A stretch of DNA of 38,286 nucleotides, from NCBI GenBank assembly GCA_041690595.1, contig JAWLHB010000061.1, positions 1-38,286 on the forward strand. The letters run 5' to 3'. The notes under the pieces were generated by a model that was not told where the DNA came from, did not search any database, and saw only the letters and a list, made by a program, of their open reading frames with translations. Positions 8,370-17,692 of this stretch are shown in pieces. This DNA comes from Lentisphaeria bacterium. GTDB lineage: Bacteria; Verrucomicrobiota; Lentisphaeria; JABSQK01; JAWLHB01. Position 1 is the first letter of the stretch; the number at the start of each line of letters is the position of its first letter. Position numbers and translations under genes: made by a program.

Positions 8370-9263
8370 ATGCCACCTACCGTGTACGCGTGCCGCGATT
8401 GCGGCAGAGTTATCAGTCAGGTTGAAGCAGAAAGCACCGGTATCTGTTCGCCTTGCCGCCGACAAGGGAGCGGCATTTCCGGCGCCAGATCGTCGGCCGA
8501 TTCGGTGCTCCGCCTGCGACCGATGTCTCCGACCACCGCGTCGACCTCCGCGTCGACCTCACCCGAGGCTCCACCGTCACCTCAGCGGACCGCTGGTCTT
8601 GAGCAGCAGGCGCCCTTGCGCCCGATCCTGAAGGGCAACCAGCCTGCGCCGGTGGTGTCGGAGTCGCGTCTCCGGCCGAGGCAACCTCTCAAGACGGAAG
8701 TCCCGGGTAACGGCTCGCCAGGCGTTCAGGGAGAAGCGCCTGCAGCCTCGCGTCTGCGCCGACCGGTGGAACGGCCGAATCTCAGCCTGCGTCGGAGTCG
8801 TGAGCAGGAGGTCGAGGAGAGCCTGCGGAGCAGCCTTTGGCAAGTGCATCTGGGACGCCATGGCTTTTTTCGCAGACAGTGCATCCAAGGACCTTTGACG
8901 TGGGAAGAGCTTGGAGAACTGGTTCGCTGTGGGATATTGGAGCCGTATCACCGCGTGCGTCAAATGGGGACCGATCCGTGGCAGCCGGCGGATCTTGTGG
9001 ATGGGCTGTTCACGCGGATCAATCTTCAGGCGCGTGAAGCCATGGAGGCGGCCGCGTTTCGCGCGCAGAACGTGGATAAAGCGGATGAAGGTGGTTTTTT
9101 CGGCACCGAGAACTGGGTATTGAACCAGATGGGGCCGTCCGGGGGGCTGCTGCTGATGGCGATTGCGGTGATCTGGTTCGTGGTGGGCTGGATGAACGGT
9201 TACATCTACTATTATCCACCGATCCTTTTTGTGGTTGGCTTTATCGGCATCTTCCGAAGCTGA
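8370..9263 (+). CDS. hypothetical membrane protein: N-terminal CxxC..CxxC zinc ribbon, Pro/Ser-rich linker, GYF_2-like domain, two C-terminal TM helices
   Basis: CRDC...CSPC; QGPLTWEELGELVRCGIL...V...GTDPWQPA..V.GLF; hydrophobic C-terminus. Confidence 0.75.
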   Translation: MPPTVYACRDCGRVISQVEAESTGICSPCRRQGSGISGARSSADSVLRLRPMSPTTASTSASTSPEAPPSPQRTAGLEQQAPLRPILKGNQPAPVVSESRLRPRQPLKTEVPGNGSPGVQGEAPAASRLRRPVERPNLSLRRSREQEVEESLRSSLWQVHLGRHGFFRRQCIQGPLTWEELGELVRCGILEPYHRVRQMGTDPWQPADLVDGLFTRINLQAREAMEAAAFRAQNVDKADEGGFFGTENWVLNQMGPSGGLLLMAIAVIWFVVGWMNGYIYYYPPILFVVGFIGIFRS

Positions 9264-9316
9264 GCGAGGACGCGGGGAGGTGGGTGATTGGCTGATGCAT
9301 GTACTTTGGAGGAGCA

Positions 9317-9422
9317 GAGGGAATCGAGGGAATCGAGGGTATCGAGTTTGGCGTCGGTGCCCCCATCGCGCAGGTGCTGGGAGTGCGGCAGGAATGAGAA
9401 GAAGGGGAAGAATGGTAAGAAT
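9317..9422 (+). repeat. purine-rich 9-mer triplets
   Basis: GAGGGAATC x2 + GAGGGTATC (9317-9343); GAATGAGAA-GAAGGGGAA-GAATGGTAA-GAAT (9392-9422). Confidence 0.75.
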
Positions 9423-9491
9423 CGGTCTTCGACGTAGGAAGAATGTGGGGCAGCGCTCTGGCGCCGAGGCAGTCGGGGGGAAGGGGGGGAC

Positions 9492-12400
9492 TCAGCGGGC
9501 CAGTTCGGCGATGACTTCGGGGGGGATGGCGCTGTGGAAGAGCAGGACTTCGTCGATGGTGCCGGAGAATCGGCTGCCGCCGCGGGAATCGGCGCCGATG
9601 CGCAAGGGCAGGGGAGTCTCCGTTACTTCCTTTGGCGACATGGGAGACTCGGCAGCGACTATGCCATTGATATAGATCCGCATGGTGCGCCCGGTCGTAT
9701 CCAGGACCGCGGCAAGATGTGTCCACTCGTCGAGGGGGATCTTCTCGTCGGTGGTAAGGGTGCCGAACGGGGTGATGAAACGGACCCGGTTTTCTGGGTG
9801 CAGGTCGAGGAGGTATCCATCATCTTTCCCGACGGTAGTTTTGTCCACGATGCGAGCACCGATGGATGCCGGCTTGACCCAGGCCGCGACGCTGAAATGC
9901 GGGCGTAACTGGTTCGCGGGAGCGCTCGGCATTTCGTAGAACTGCTTTCCGTCGAGGAGGAGCCCCTGGCCATGCCTGCCCGGCCCGTGGTTCACATCCA
10001 TCCGACTGTCGGGCACCTCGAAATCGAGCCAGAGCGTGAGCTGCCTGGCTGCGGGAATCGTGGCAAAGCGTAAGCGTCCGAACTCGGCCGGGCGATGAAA
10101 GGCTGGCTCGGCAAGCGGCGCCCATGTCGACTTGATGCCGCTCGCGCCATGATTGCGTCCGAGGTTGAAGCCCCACTCGGTATTGCCTGCAGGTGTGCCC
10201 AGCGCGGCCAGTGGAATCGATAGCTCGACGTTCCAGCCTTCCTGGTCGCGCCCGACAGTGCAGCGGGCCTCGAGATCTCGCGCCGACTGGTGTATACCAT
10301 CCACCACCCAGGCGTCGTAGATCGCACCCGCGGCGTTGATGGCCAGATGCCAGTAGGGTCCGTCGCTGGTGGGTTGAAGGAAGAGCTCGATCGAGTCGTC
10401 CGCAAAGATTCCAGTGGCATCGCGGTAAGGGAAAGGCTCCGCCCGAAGCCGATCCATGGCCGGCTCGTGGCATCGTACCGCGAGGTAAAGGTTTTGCGCA
10501 TCCCATGCCGCGCGCAGCTCCGTTTCCGGCTCGGCGGGGAACGCCGTTCCCAACTCCAGGAGTCGGGAGCCTGGAGGGGCCTGCTCCCACAGCAGCTCGT
10601 CGAGCAGGCCATCGATGACTGGTGCCTTCTCCGTCCGTGGAAGTACCTGTGTCGGCCGGGGGGGCAGTTGTCGGATGGGACGTATGGGCACGATGCGCGA
10701 CTCTCTTGCCAGCGCTTCCCGCACCAGCTTTCGTGCCGGATTGCCGCCACCTTGGGAGATGCCGAGGAAGCCAAAGGAATGATGCCGGTCGAGGTACTCG
10801 TCAGCGGTCTCCGCTTCGTGCTTGTTCGGCCACTTCGGGCCGGATGCGGGGGCGACCTCAATCGGTGCGTCGACGTCAATCGGCGCTGGTGGCTGCAAGC
10901 GCAGAAGCTGACCGGGGGTCGTCTGGAGCAGGTCGATGGTGTGGGTCCACGGATTCATCAGGCGGCAGGAGCCGCCGAATCGGCTGGTGATGGTCACGAA
11001 GGGAATGTTGCCCTTGCGGTCACGGGCGGATTGCACCAGGAATCCACCTTCCGCCAGCAAGGTGAACTCTCCTGCCCATCCCTCGGGCATGGCAGGGAAG
11101 AGGTAGAGGACCTCGTTGTGGGTCTGCAGCAGAATCTCGGTCACCCCGGCGGCGACCACGCCTGAGGCATCGAGTCCGGGAGAATCGCCAAGTTTCTTTC
11201 CCCATTCCGGGGGAGATGCTCCCGGCGTTCCGGCAAAGCCTTGAGGAAACATTTGATCCGCCGAAAGGAACTGTCGCAGTGAGAGCAGGTATTCCTCACC
11301 GAGGCCCAGGCGGGCAGCCCAGATGCTGGATGGATCCCAGGCATTGCCGAAGCCCCAGCTGCTGAAGCGGCGTTTGCGGTAGGTCTCCCGCCAGAGCGCC
11401 AGATCCTCCGCCGACATGGCGAAGCCGGCTTGGCGCCAAGGGTAAACTGGGTCGAGCTCGGCGTTTTCGCTGTTGAAGCGCTTGCGATTGGCAGCCGTGC
11501 TTCGCTGCTCCTCGACCGGCTGATAGAGTTGCTCGGCCCGGGCGAAAGGTGTCGGGGGAAAGGTCTCCAGCATGATCGCGGGGGCGATCGTCCGGAGGTC
11601 GGGATCGAGCGGGTAGGGGGCCAGATGATCGAGGACTTCGCGCCAATGCGCCCGCTGATCCTCGTCCACGCCCAACCGCACGCTCTCCTTCAGCAGGATA
11701 GGCAGCACGCAGCGCAGGGCCGCCAGATCGGGCACGGCATCCTTGACGAACCACCAGGTCTCTCGTGAATTCGTCGGGTATACATGGTATAGCCCATCCG
11801 CTTCGCGATTGACGAAATGCAGATGATAGCGAACCGTCTCCCGCAGCAGAGGATAGGCCCGGTCGCGCAGATACTCCTCATCGTGCGTGTAGAGGTAGAG
11901 GGTGTACATCTGATAGGCCATCTCCGTTCCGGTGGTGAGGTAGAGATGGGTGAACCGGTTGCCGGCCTTGTCGCCCGAGCCATCAAAGCCCTGCATGGTC
12001 TCTTCGTAGCAGGCGCCGTCCACCCCGTACACGTCTTGCGCCAGTTGCCGTGCCCTTGGGAGGTGGCGCCAATAGAGATCGACAAAGGGGGCCCAGAGAT
12101 CCGCGTGATCCGACGGCAGGAGCGACCAGTACATTTCTCGCGTGTTCTGGTACCAGTAGGCACCGCCCCAGGAGCGCCAGTCCCGGTGCAGCAGGTAGTT
12201 ACCTCCATTGAACTTCGGCGCATCGCTTCCCCGGGAGCATCCCGCCATCCAGTAGAGAAAGAGGTGATAGAGGTTCTCCGTGAAGTCGGCAGTTCCATCC
12301 GCCGAGTGGAGCACCACCCCCGTCTTGTTCCAGAAATCGTGCCAGTAACGCTGGTGAAGGCTGCGCATGGCGTCGACATCCTGGCTATGGAGGAGGGTTG

Positions 12401-13127
12401 CCGCCGCCGCCAACGCTTCGGTCTCGCCGACGCTTTCGCCGATCACGACGGGATTCGCGATCAGCAGGTGCTGCCTGCGCCCTGTCGGCGTGAGCCGCAC
12501 GCCGGCCTGATCGGGCGCCAGCAGAGCGACCTTGGCCGTGGTCTCCGTCTTCATGCTGAGGGCGGTTGCCCGCATCCCCGAGGCGCCGACGGTCACCAAA
12601 GAAACGGTGCCTTCTCCCGCGACGGCCTTCGGCGCAGGCTGATCCTGTGGCCTTGGCCATCCGGAAAGGTAGAGGCGCAGCTCTCCCAATGGCTCATTGC
12701 CCTCAATTTCCACGACCAGGAGGTCTTTACCTTCCGCGATCCACGCGGTCACTGTTCCTGCCTGATAGCGGGTCACAATGCGGCCATTGTAGAGCTCGAG
12801 CCGCTGTTCCAGAAAGCCGTCATGCCAGCCTGCGGGCAATTCCAGGAGTACCTCTCCGGAGCCGATCAGTGCCTGGTTCTGGTTGGCTGAAGCAAAGAAG
12901 TTTCCTGGGTAGAAACGGAAGCTGAGTCCGCCTCCGCTTCCTACCATCACGCCGAGCCGGCCATTGCCGAGCGGCAGCGCCTCATACGGCTCCGTTGCCG
13001 GCGCCAGGTAGACGACATCGTTGCGTCCGCTGGCTACTGATCGCTGAGGCGCCGGCCACTCCGCTCCGTGGGCCAGCAGCGCCATCGCCAGCCCCATCAA
13101 GATCGCTCCGGATAAGCTGTTCATCAA
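9492..13127 (-). CDS. secreted glycoside hydrolase (GH95-like alpha/alpha-barrel) with CBM9-like and LamG/ConA-like domains
   Basis: Signal peptide; ALPLGNGRLG; PKFNGG...WGGAYWYQN; EILLQTH...LYLFPAMPEGW; APVIDGLLDE..W, WDAQNLYLA, DDSIELF, WNVELSIP (CBM9-like); FSVAAWVKP, WTHLAAV, FSGTIDEV (LamG). Start is TTG 13127 or ATG 13124. Confidence 0.82.
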   Translation of the reverse strand: MMNSLSGAILMGLAMALLAHGAEWPAPQRSVASGRNDVVYLAPATEPYEALPLGNGRLGVMVGSGGGLSFRFYPGNFFASANQNQALIGSGEVLLELPAGWHDGFLEQRLELYNGRIVTRYQAGTVTAWIAEGKDLLVVEIEGNEPLGELRLYLSGWPRPQDQPAPKAVAGEGTVSLVTVGASGMRATALSMKTETTAKVALLAPDQAGVRLTPTGRRQHLLIANPVVIGESVGETEALAAAATLLHSQDVDAMRSLHQRYWHDFWNKTGVVLHSADGTADFTENLYHLFLYWMAGCSRGSDAPKFNGGNYLLHRDWRSWGGAYWYQNTREMYWSLLPSDHADLWAPFVDLYWRHLPRARQLAQDVYGVDGACYEETMQGFDGSGDKAGNRFTHLYLTTGTEMAYQMYTLYLYTHDEEYLRDRAYPLLRETVRYHLHFVNREADGLYHVYPTNSRETWWFVKDAVPDLAALRCVLPILLKESVRLGVDEDQRAHWREVLDHLAPYPLDPDLRTIAPAIMLETFPPTPFARAEQLYQPVEEQRSTAANRKRFNSENAELDPVYPWRQAGFAMSAEDLALWRETYRKRRFSSWGFGNAWDPSSIWAARLGLGEEYLLSLRQFLSADQMFPQGFAGTPGASPPEWGKKLGDSPGLDASGVVAAGVTEILLQTHNEVLYLFPAMPEGWAGEFTLLAEGGFLVQSARDRKGNIPFVTITSRFGGSCRLMNPWTHTIDLLQTTPGQLLRLQPPAPIDVDAPIEVAPASGPKWPNKHEAETADEYLDRHHSFGFLGISQGGGNPARKLVREALARESRIVPIRPIRQLPPRPTQVLPRTEKAPVIDGLLDELLWEQAPPGSRLLELGTAFPAEPETELRAAWDAQNLYLAVRCHEPAMDRLRAEPFPYRDATGIFADDSIELFLQPTSDGPYWHLAINAAGAIYDAWVVDGIHQSARDLEARCTVGRDQEGWNVELSIPLAALGTPAGNTEWGFNLGRNHGASGIKSTWAPLAEPAFHRPAEFGRLRFATIPAARQLTLWLDFEVPDSRMDVNHGPGRHGQGLLLDGKQFYEMPSAPANQLRPHFSVAAWVKPASIGARIVDKTTVGKDDGYLLDLHPENRVRFITPFGTLTTDEKIPLDEWTHLAAVLDTTGRTMRIYINGIVAAESPMSPKEVTETPLPLRIGADSRGGSRFSGTIDEVLLFHSAIPPEVIAELAR

Positions 13128-13189
13128 CTGAGACTCCGAGGGGATATTGGAGCGAGAGCGGTCCTGAGGGATTTGCGTGGGCCGGTAGC

Positions 13190-13984
13190 TCAGCGGGTCT
13201 GGTCGCGGCGAAAGTCAGCGACGACCATCTCATGGAGTTTGTGATTGCTGACGTGTCCGTCGGCCCAAGCGATGTTGGCGCCGCCGCCGTGGTAGGTGGC
13301 GAAATGATCGATGTGGCGACTGAATGGTGCGTAGCTGTTGCCGTAGTAGTATTCATACCTGCCATGCTGGGTGACATAGTCGCCAGTCATGACAGTGCCA
13401 CTGGGGTAGATGACGCGATTCATGGTGATGCGGCCGTGCGAGGCGGGATATGAGCCTGAATACAAGAGGAAACCGTCGCCGGAGCCCATGGCATAGGGAG
13501 CACCGTTCCAGCCGTAGGAGACGGCCAGTTGGGTTCCCCAGACATTGCGGAAGTTCTCGGAAGGGCATTTCAGCGGATAGTTGCGTTTGCTGTTGCGCCG
13601 GTTGTCGGTGAATCCGACATATACAGGTTCCTTCCAGCCGATCGGGAAATGGGTGATGGCATTGCGGGTCCACTCCGTGTAGTACGAGAAACCGGCATAG
13701 TGAGCGACGGCCCCGGACCAGAGCGGCATGTGGCGCCCCAAAGGGTCATACGTACCCGCGGGCAACCACTCGCCATGGTCTTCCATATACCCCATGATAG
13801 CTGGCAGGAACTGGCGCTGGTTGGCCATGCACAGACCGGATCTCGCCTTGGCGCGCGCGGTCTGCAATGCTGGCAGGAGCATGGAGGCCAGGACGGCTAT
13901 GATAGCCACGACCACCAGAAGCTCGATCAAGGTGAAGCGACCAAGCGTTGTTGATTTGTTAGCGCTGCGCATGGCCATATGCAC
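13190..13984 (-). CDS. prepilin-type N-terminal cleavage/methylation protein with C-terminal H-X9-DG motif (DUF1559-like)
   Basis: FTLIELLVVVAIIAVLASMLLPALQTAR..AR...C.AN; LKCPS; HGGGANIAWADGHV. Exact start uncertain. Confidence 0.9.
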   Translation of the reverse strand: MHMAMRSANKSTTLGRFTLIELLVVVAIIAVLASMLLPALQTARAKARSGLCMANQRQFLPAIMGYMEDHGEWLPAGTYDPLGRHMPLWSGAVAHYAGFSYYTEWTRNAITHFPIGWKEPVYVGFTDNRRNSKRNYPLKCPSENFRNVWGTQLAVSYGWNGAPYAMGSGDGFLLYSGSYPASHGRITMNRVIYPSGTVMTGDYVTQHGRYEYYYGNSYAPFSRHIDHFATYHGGGANIAWADGHVSNHKLHEMVVADFRRDQTR

Positions 13985-14036
13985 GCCCCCCGGGTCAAGT
14001 CATTGCTGCTTCGATGATGGAACACTCGGCGCACCG

Positions 14037-14083
14037 GTGCCGTAGTACGGCACTAGTGTATGCGGCCTGTCTGCCAATTTCAA
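14037..14083 (-). promoter_or_regulatory. sigma70 promoter with palindromic operator for the prepilin-GH operon
   Basis: TTGAAA (14083-14078)-N17-TACACT (14060-14055), followed 1 nt later by the perfect 8-1-8 palindrome GTGCCGTA-G-TACGGCAC (14037-14053). Confidence 0.65.
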
Positions 14084-14112
14084 GTTTAAATTTTGATAAC
14101 TATACAGACGGG

Positions 14113-14889
14113 TCAGTTGTCGGGTGTGCAGCAGGAGGGGAGTACAGGGGCAGCTTCTTCGGATGACGCGGCGGCGCCATGGTGCTGGTGAGCAGCCCTG
14201 TCCTTGTCTGGTTGGACGATGGGGCTGAGGTAGGGGATGCCCAAGGCAAGTCCGCGGAGAATAAAGAGAATGGCCATGATGCCGATCATGGCGGGGGCGA
14301 CCCGCCGGAAAACCCGCTTGGCGCCAAAATCGATGACCTTGCCGAAGAGGGAGACACTGAGCATGGCGGGGACCGTACCCAGGCCGAAAATGGCCATGAA
14401 GAGCATGCCGCCATACACAGAGCCGGTTGCCCCCGCTCCGGCGAGTGCCATGTAGACCAGCCCGCACGGCAGGAGGCCGTTCAGGAGTCCGATGACCAGC
14501 AGGCTCCGCGGGGTGCCGACACCAAAACGCTTCGCCCAGGCGATCTTGAAGCGGGTGATGAGGCGCGACACGAGGTGGAATCTGGTCAGGCGCAGCCAGA
14601 TGCGCTTGGGAATCAGCAGCCCGAGCAGGATCAGCAATCCTGCTGCTATGGACAAGCCCTGCTGCCAGCCGAGCAGCGATATCGCCTGCCCGATGCTGCC
14701 GATCACGGCTCCCATGAGGACGTAGGTGAGTATGCGGCCGGCATTGTAAAGGATGCGGCCGAAAACGAAGCGGAGATTGGTGGTTTCGTCCTCTACGGGC
14801 AGTGCCAGGGCGATGGGACCGCACATGCCGATGCAGTGGAGGCTGAAACCGAAGCCCAGAGCCAGCGCGGCGAGGATTGTCGTGATCAT
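14113..14889 (-). CDS. cbb3-associated DsbD_2/TauE-SafE-like membrane protein
   Basis: SLHCIGMCGPIA, YNAGRILTY, LNGLLPCGLVY, FGLGTVPAM. ATG 14889 overlaps the ccoH stop. C-terminal His and Cys-Cys tail. Confidence 0.88.
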   Translation of the reverse strand: MITTILAALALGFGFSLHCIGMCGPIALALPVEDETTNLRFVFGRILYNAGRILTYVLMGAVIGSIGQAISLLGWQQGLSIAAGLLILLGLLIPKRIWLRLTRFHLVSRLITRFKIAWAKRFGVGTPRSLLVIGLLNGLLPCGLVYMALAGAGATGSVYGGMLFMAIFGLGTVPAMLSVSLFGKVIDFGAKRVFRRVAPAMIGIMAILFILRGLALGIPYLSPIVQPDKDRAAHQHHGAAASSEEAAPVLPSCCTPDN

Positions 14890-15362
14890 GGCAGGTTGAT
14901 GCTCTCTTCGTGGTAGTAGTCGAGATTGTCTTCGGTGGCCCAGGTAATCTTGAGGCTCCAACGGCCTTGGGGCAGATCCTTGACGTCTATCACCTGGGTA
15001 CCATTGGCATCGAGCTCGAGGGGAAAGCGTTTGTCCATGCTTGAATCGGAAGGGCGGTAGAAGAGGATAGTCCCTTCGAGCTTCTGCCCGGCAGTATCGG
15101 TGGGCATGCGGATCATCATCTGTTTCTCTTCCTCCAGCATGGTCAGTTCCACTTTACCGGTGAGAAGTCGGGTACGATCCTGGCGGTCAATCTGCTGCTG
15201 ATGAGCGACCCCCTGCTCATAATAGTCCTTGGTGACGAGGTCGCCGCTTCCACGCAGGTGGAGCGTGACGACGATGGCGAGAATGATAACGACAAAGGCG
15301 GTGATGCCGATGATGAGGCCGTAGGGCCAGAAGGATTTGTTCTCTTCAACTGGGGCTTGCAT
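14886..15362 (-). CDS. ccoH: FixH/CcoH family protein
   Basis: N-terminal TM helix, DLVTKDYYEQG..HQQQID, GTILFYRPSD; position in the cco cluster. Confidence 0.85.
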   Translation of the reverse strand: MQAPVEENKSFWPYGLIIGITAFVVIILAIVVTLHLRGSGDLVTKDYYEQGVAHQQQIDRQDRTRLLTGKVELTMLEEEKQMMIRMPTDTAGQKLEGTILFYRPSDSSMDKRFPLELDANGTQVIDVKDLPQGRWSLKITWATEDNLDYYHEESINLP

Positions 15363-15381
15363 GCTGCGTCTCCGAGTCGTT

Positions 15382-16815
15382 TCAAGGAGCCTGAAAGATC
15401 GTCTCGACAGTTTTCAGCCGCTGGTCGCCCTGATAGACGCCGATGCGGATGGTGTTGCTGAAGGGGCGCAGGCTGTCCTTGGGGATGGTGATGAGAAGGG
15501 TGGAGGTACTCGCTCGTTCGGGCCTGGCGATGAAGTCGCCGCCGACAATCATGATGGAGCCTTGCGGATGGGAGTCGAGGGTGAAGGTAAGGGATTGAGC
15601 TTCGGTGGTCTTGTTGGTTGCCTTGGCGGTGTACATGTTCTGGATGGCCTGGTCCGCTACTTCACTATACGTCTGTCCGTGCGCATGCAGAAGCTGCACG
15701 TCGAGGCCCTGCCGGGTAGCGAGGAGAATAAGCATGACGGTCGAGAGGGCGATGAGGACGACGGAATAGATGATGACGCGTGGGGTGATCTGAAAGCTTC
15801 GGCCCTCGTCGATGCCGCTCTGTGAGGCATAGCGGATGAGTCCTTTGGGCAGGCCGACCTTCTCCATCATGAAGTTGCATGCATCGATGCAGGCGGTGCA
15901 GTTGACGCATTCCATCTGGGTGCCGTTGCGGATGTCGATGCCGGTCGGGCAGACGCGGTGACACATGCCGCAGTTGATGCAGTCGCCGGTCCCCCGCTCG
16001 GAGCGGATTTCGCGCGTATCTCCGCGCTGGAAGCGGCCGCGGGACTCGCCGCGCTTGTAGTCATAGGAGACGACGAGTGAATTTTCGTCGAGCATGACAG
16101 ATTGTAGGCGGCCGTAGGGGCAGATGAAGCAGCAGACCTGCTCGCGAAAGAAGGCGTAGATCCAGTAGAAGATGCCGGAGAATATGATCATGACGGCCAG
16201 GCCGCCGAGATGCTCGCGGGGATCGTCGGTGATGATCTCGAATAAGGCTTCGCTGCCGATGATGTAGGCCAGCAAGACATTTCCGATGACGAAGGCGAGG
16301 CCAAAAAAGATGCCGTGCTTGAGAAGGCGTTTGACGAGCTTCCGCACGCTCCATGGTGCCTGCGCCATGACCCGCTGCTGTGGGCCGTCCCCGTCGATCC
16401 AGTATTCCACCTTCCGGAAAAGCATCTCGAGGAAGACGGTCTGCGGGCAGAGCCAGCCACAGAACAACCGGCCGTACACGGCGGTGAAGAGAATGATGAA
16501 GACGAAGAAGCAGAGCATTCCCAAGGCGAAAAGGAAGAGATCCTGCGGCCAGAACACCTTGCCGAAGATCACGAACTTCCGCTCGATGATGTTGAACATC
16601 AGCAGGGGCTGTCCCCCAATCTTTACAAAGGGGGCGCCGAGGAGAAAGGCGAGCTGGAAGATGCTGACGATGCTGCGCCATCGGTAGAGCGGGCCGGATG
16701 GCTTCTTGGGGAATACCCACAGGCGCCGGCCTTGCTGATCGGCAGTTCCCAGAGAATCGCGAAAGTGGTCATTCGCGGCAGACTTGTCATCCGTCGAAGC
16801 GTGTGCTTCGGTCAT
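15382..16815 (-). CDS. ccoG: cytochrome c oxidase accessory protein CcoG (4Fe-4S membrane protein)
   Basis: GRLFCGWLCPQTVF, REQVCCFICPYGRLQ, CINCGMCHRVCPTGIDIRNG.QMECVNCTACIDAC. Confidence 0.95.
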   Translation of the reverse strand: MTEAHASTDDKSAANDHFRDSLGTADQQGRRLWVFPKKPSGPLYRWRSIVSIFQLAFLLGAPFVKIGGQPLLMFNIIERKFVIFGKVFWPQDLFLFALGMLCFFVFIILFTAVYGRLFCGWLCPQTVFLEMLFRKVEYWIDGDGPQQRVMAQAPWSVRKLVKRLLKHGIFFGLAFVIGNVLLAYIIGSEALFEIITDDPREHLGGLAVMIIFSGIFYWIYAFFREQVCCFICPYGRLQSVMLDENSLVVSYDYKRGESRGRFQRGDTREIRSERGTGDCINCGMCHRVCPTGIDIRNGTQMECVNCTACIDACNFMMEKVGLPKGLIRYASQSGIDEGRSFQITPRVIIYSVVLIALSTVMLILLATRQGLDVQLLHAHGQTYSEVADQAIQNMYTAKATNKTTEAQSLTFTLDSHPQGSIMIVGGDFIARPERASTSTLLITIPKDSLRPFSNTIRIGVYQGDQRLKTVETIFQAP

Positions 16816-17477
16816 TCGGTCATCTCTCCCTGTGGCGGCAATGGATTGGCGGGGGTGGTGCCCTGCAGCGTGTGCACGTAGGAGGCCACCTGATGAATCT
16901 TTTCGGGGCCCAGTTTTTCACCCCATGCGAGCATGCCCTTGGCGGGTACGCCGTGGACAATCACCTTGACCTTGTCGGCAAAGCTGTTTCCGTGGATGGA
17001 GACTTTGTCAGTGAGGTTGGGGCCGGTGCCGCCGCCGCCGTCCGCGGCATGGCAGACCACACAGTTGGCATCAAAGAGCTTCTTGCCGATGGTGAGATCG
17101 TCCTGGCTGCTCAAGGGTTCCGTGAAGGTGATATCAAGCTGGGGCGATCCGGCCATCACCTGCATTTCCTGACCGCTGCGCAACAGGGCATTACGCTGAT
17201 CGCGGGCGGGAGAATGCCACGGCGCCCGATATTCCGGGGCAAGCAGCGTCAGGGGATTGTGGCTCACATCGCGCACATAGTGCGTATCGGTTGCGGCACG
17301 GTATTCCTCTTCCTGCAGATAGCCGAAGCGGAAGACATGGTAGTAGAGCATGTACAGAAGCGAGAAGACAATGCTGATATAGAAGAGATAGAGCCACCAG
17401 CGTGGCAGGTTATTGTCCAGCTCGCGGATGCCGTCATACTCGTGTTCGAGCAGTTTGTCCTGGTGATCGTCAGTCAT
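16812..17477 (-). CDS. ccoP: cbb3-type cytochrome c oxidase subunit III (single heme c motif)
   Basis: HEYDGIRELDNNLPRWW N-terminus, CVVCH, GPNLTD, GMLAW. AAAGGA RBS before ATG 17477. Confidence 0.92.
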   Translation of the reverse strand: MTDDHQDKLLEHEYDGIRELDNNLPRWWLYLFYISIVFSLLYMLYYHVFRFGYLQEEEYRAATDTHYVRDVSHNPLTLLAPEYRAPWHSPARDQRNALLRSGQEMQVMAGSPQLDITFTEPLSSQDDLTIGKKLFDANCVVCHAADGGGGTGPNLTDKVSIHGNSFADKVKVIVHGVPAKGMLAWGEKLGPEKIHQVASYVHTLQGTTPANPLPPQGEMTE

Positions 17478-17490
17478 GGGGTGATTTCCT

Positions 17491-17679
17491 TTATGATTCA
17501 ACGGGATCGTCGGCGGAGGAGTCGTGGTCCAGTGGCAGATGGCCCATTTCCTCGATGTAGTCATGACGCAGGCGAATAGCCCAGACCAGCACACCGACAA
17601 AGAAGGTAAAGAAGAAGAGGAGGGCGATGAGTGGGTATATCGATATTCCTTCGATAGCTCGCAGAACATCCTTGTACAT
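17491..17679 (-). CDS. ccoQ: cbb3-type oxidase subunit IV (CcoQ/FixQ)
   Basis: 62 aa MYKDVLRAIEGISIYPLIALLFFFTFFVGVLVW...YIEEMGHLPL, lying between ccoNO and ccoP. Confidence 0.85.
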   Translation of the reverse strand: MYKDVLRAIEGISIYPLIALLFFFTFFVGVLVWAIRLRHDYIEEMGHLPLDHDSSADDPVES

Positions 17680-17692
17680 GATCAGGGGCTTC

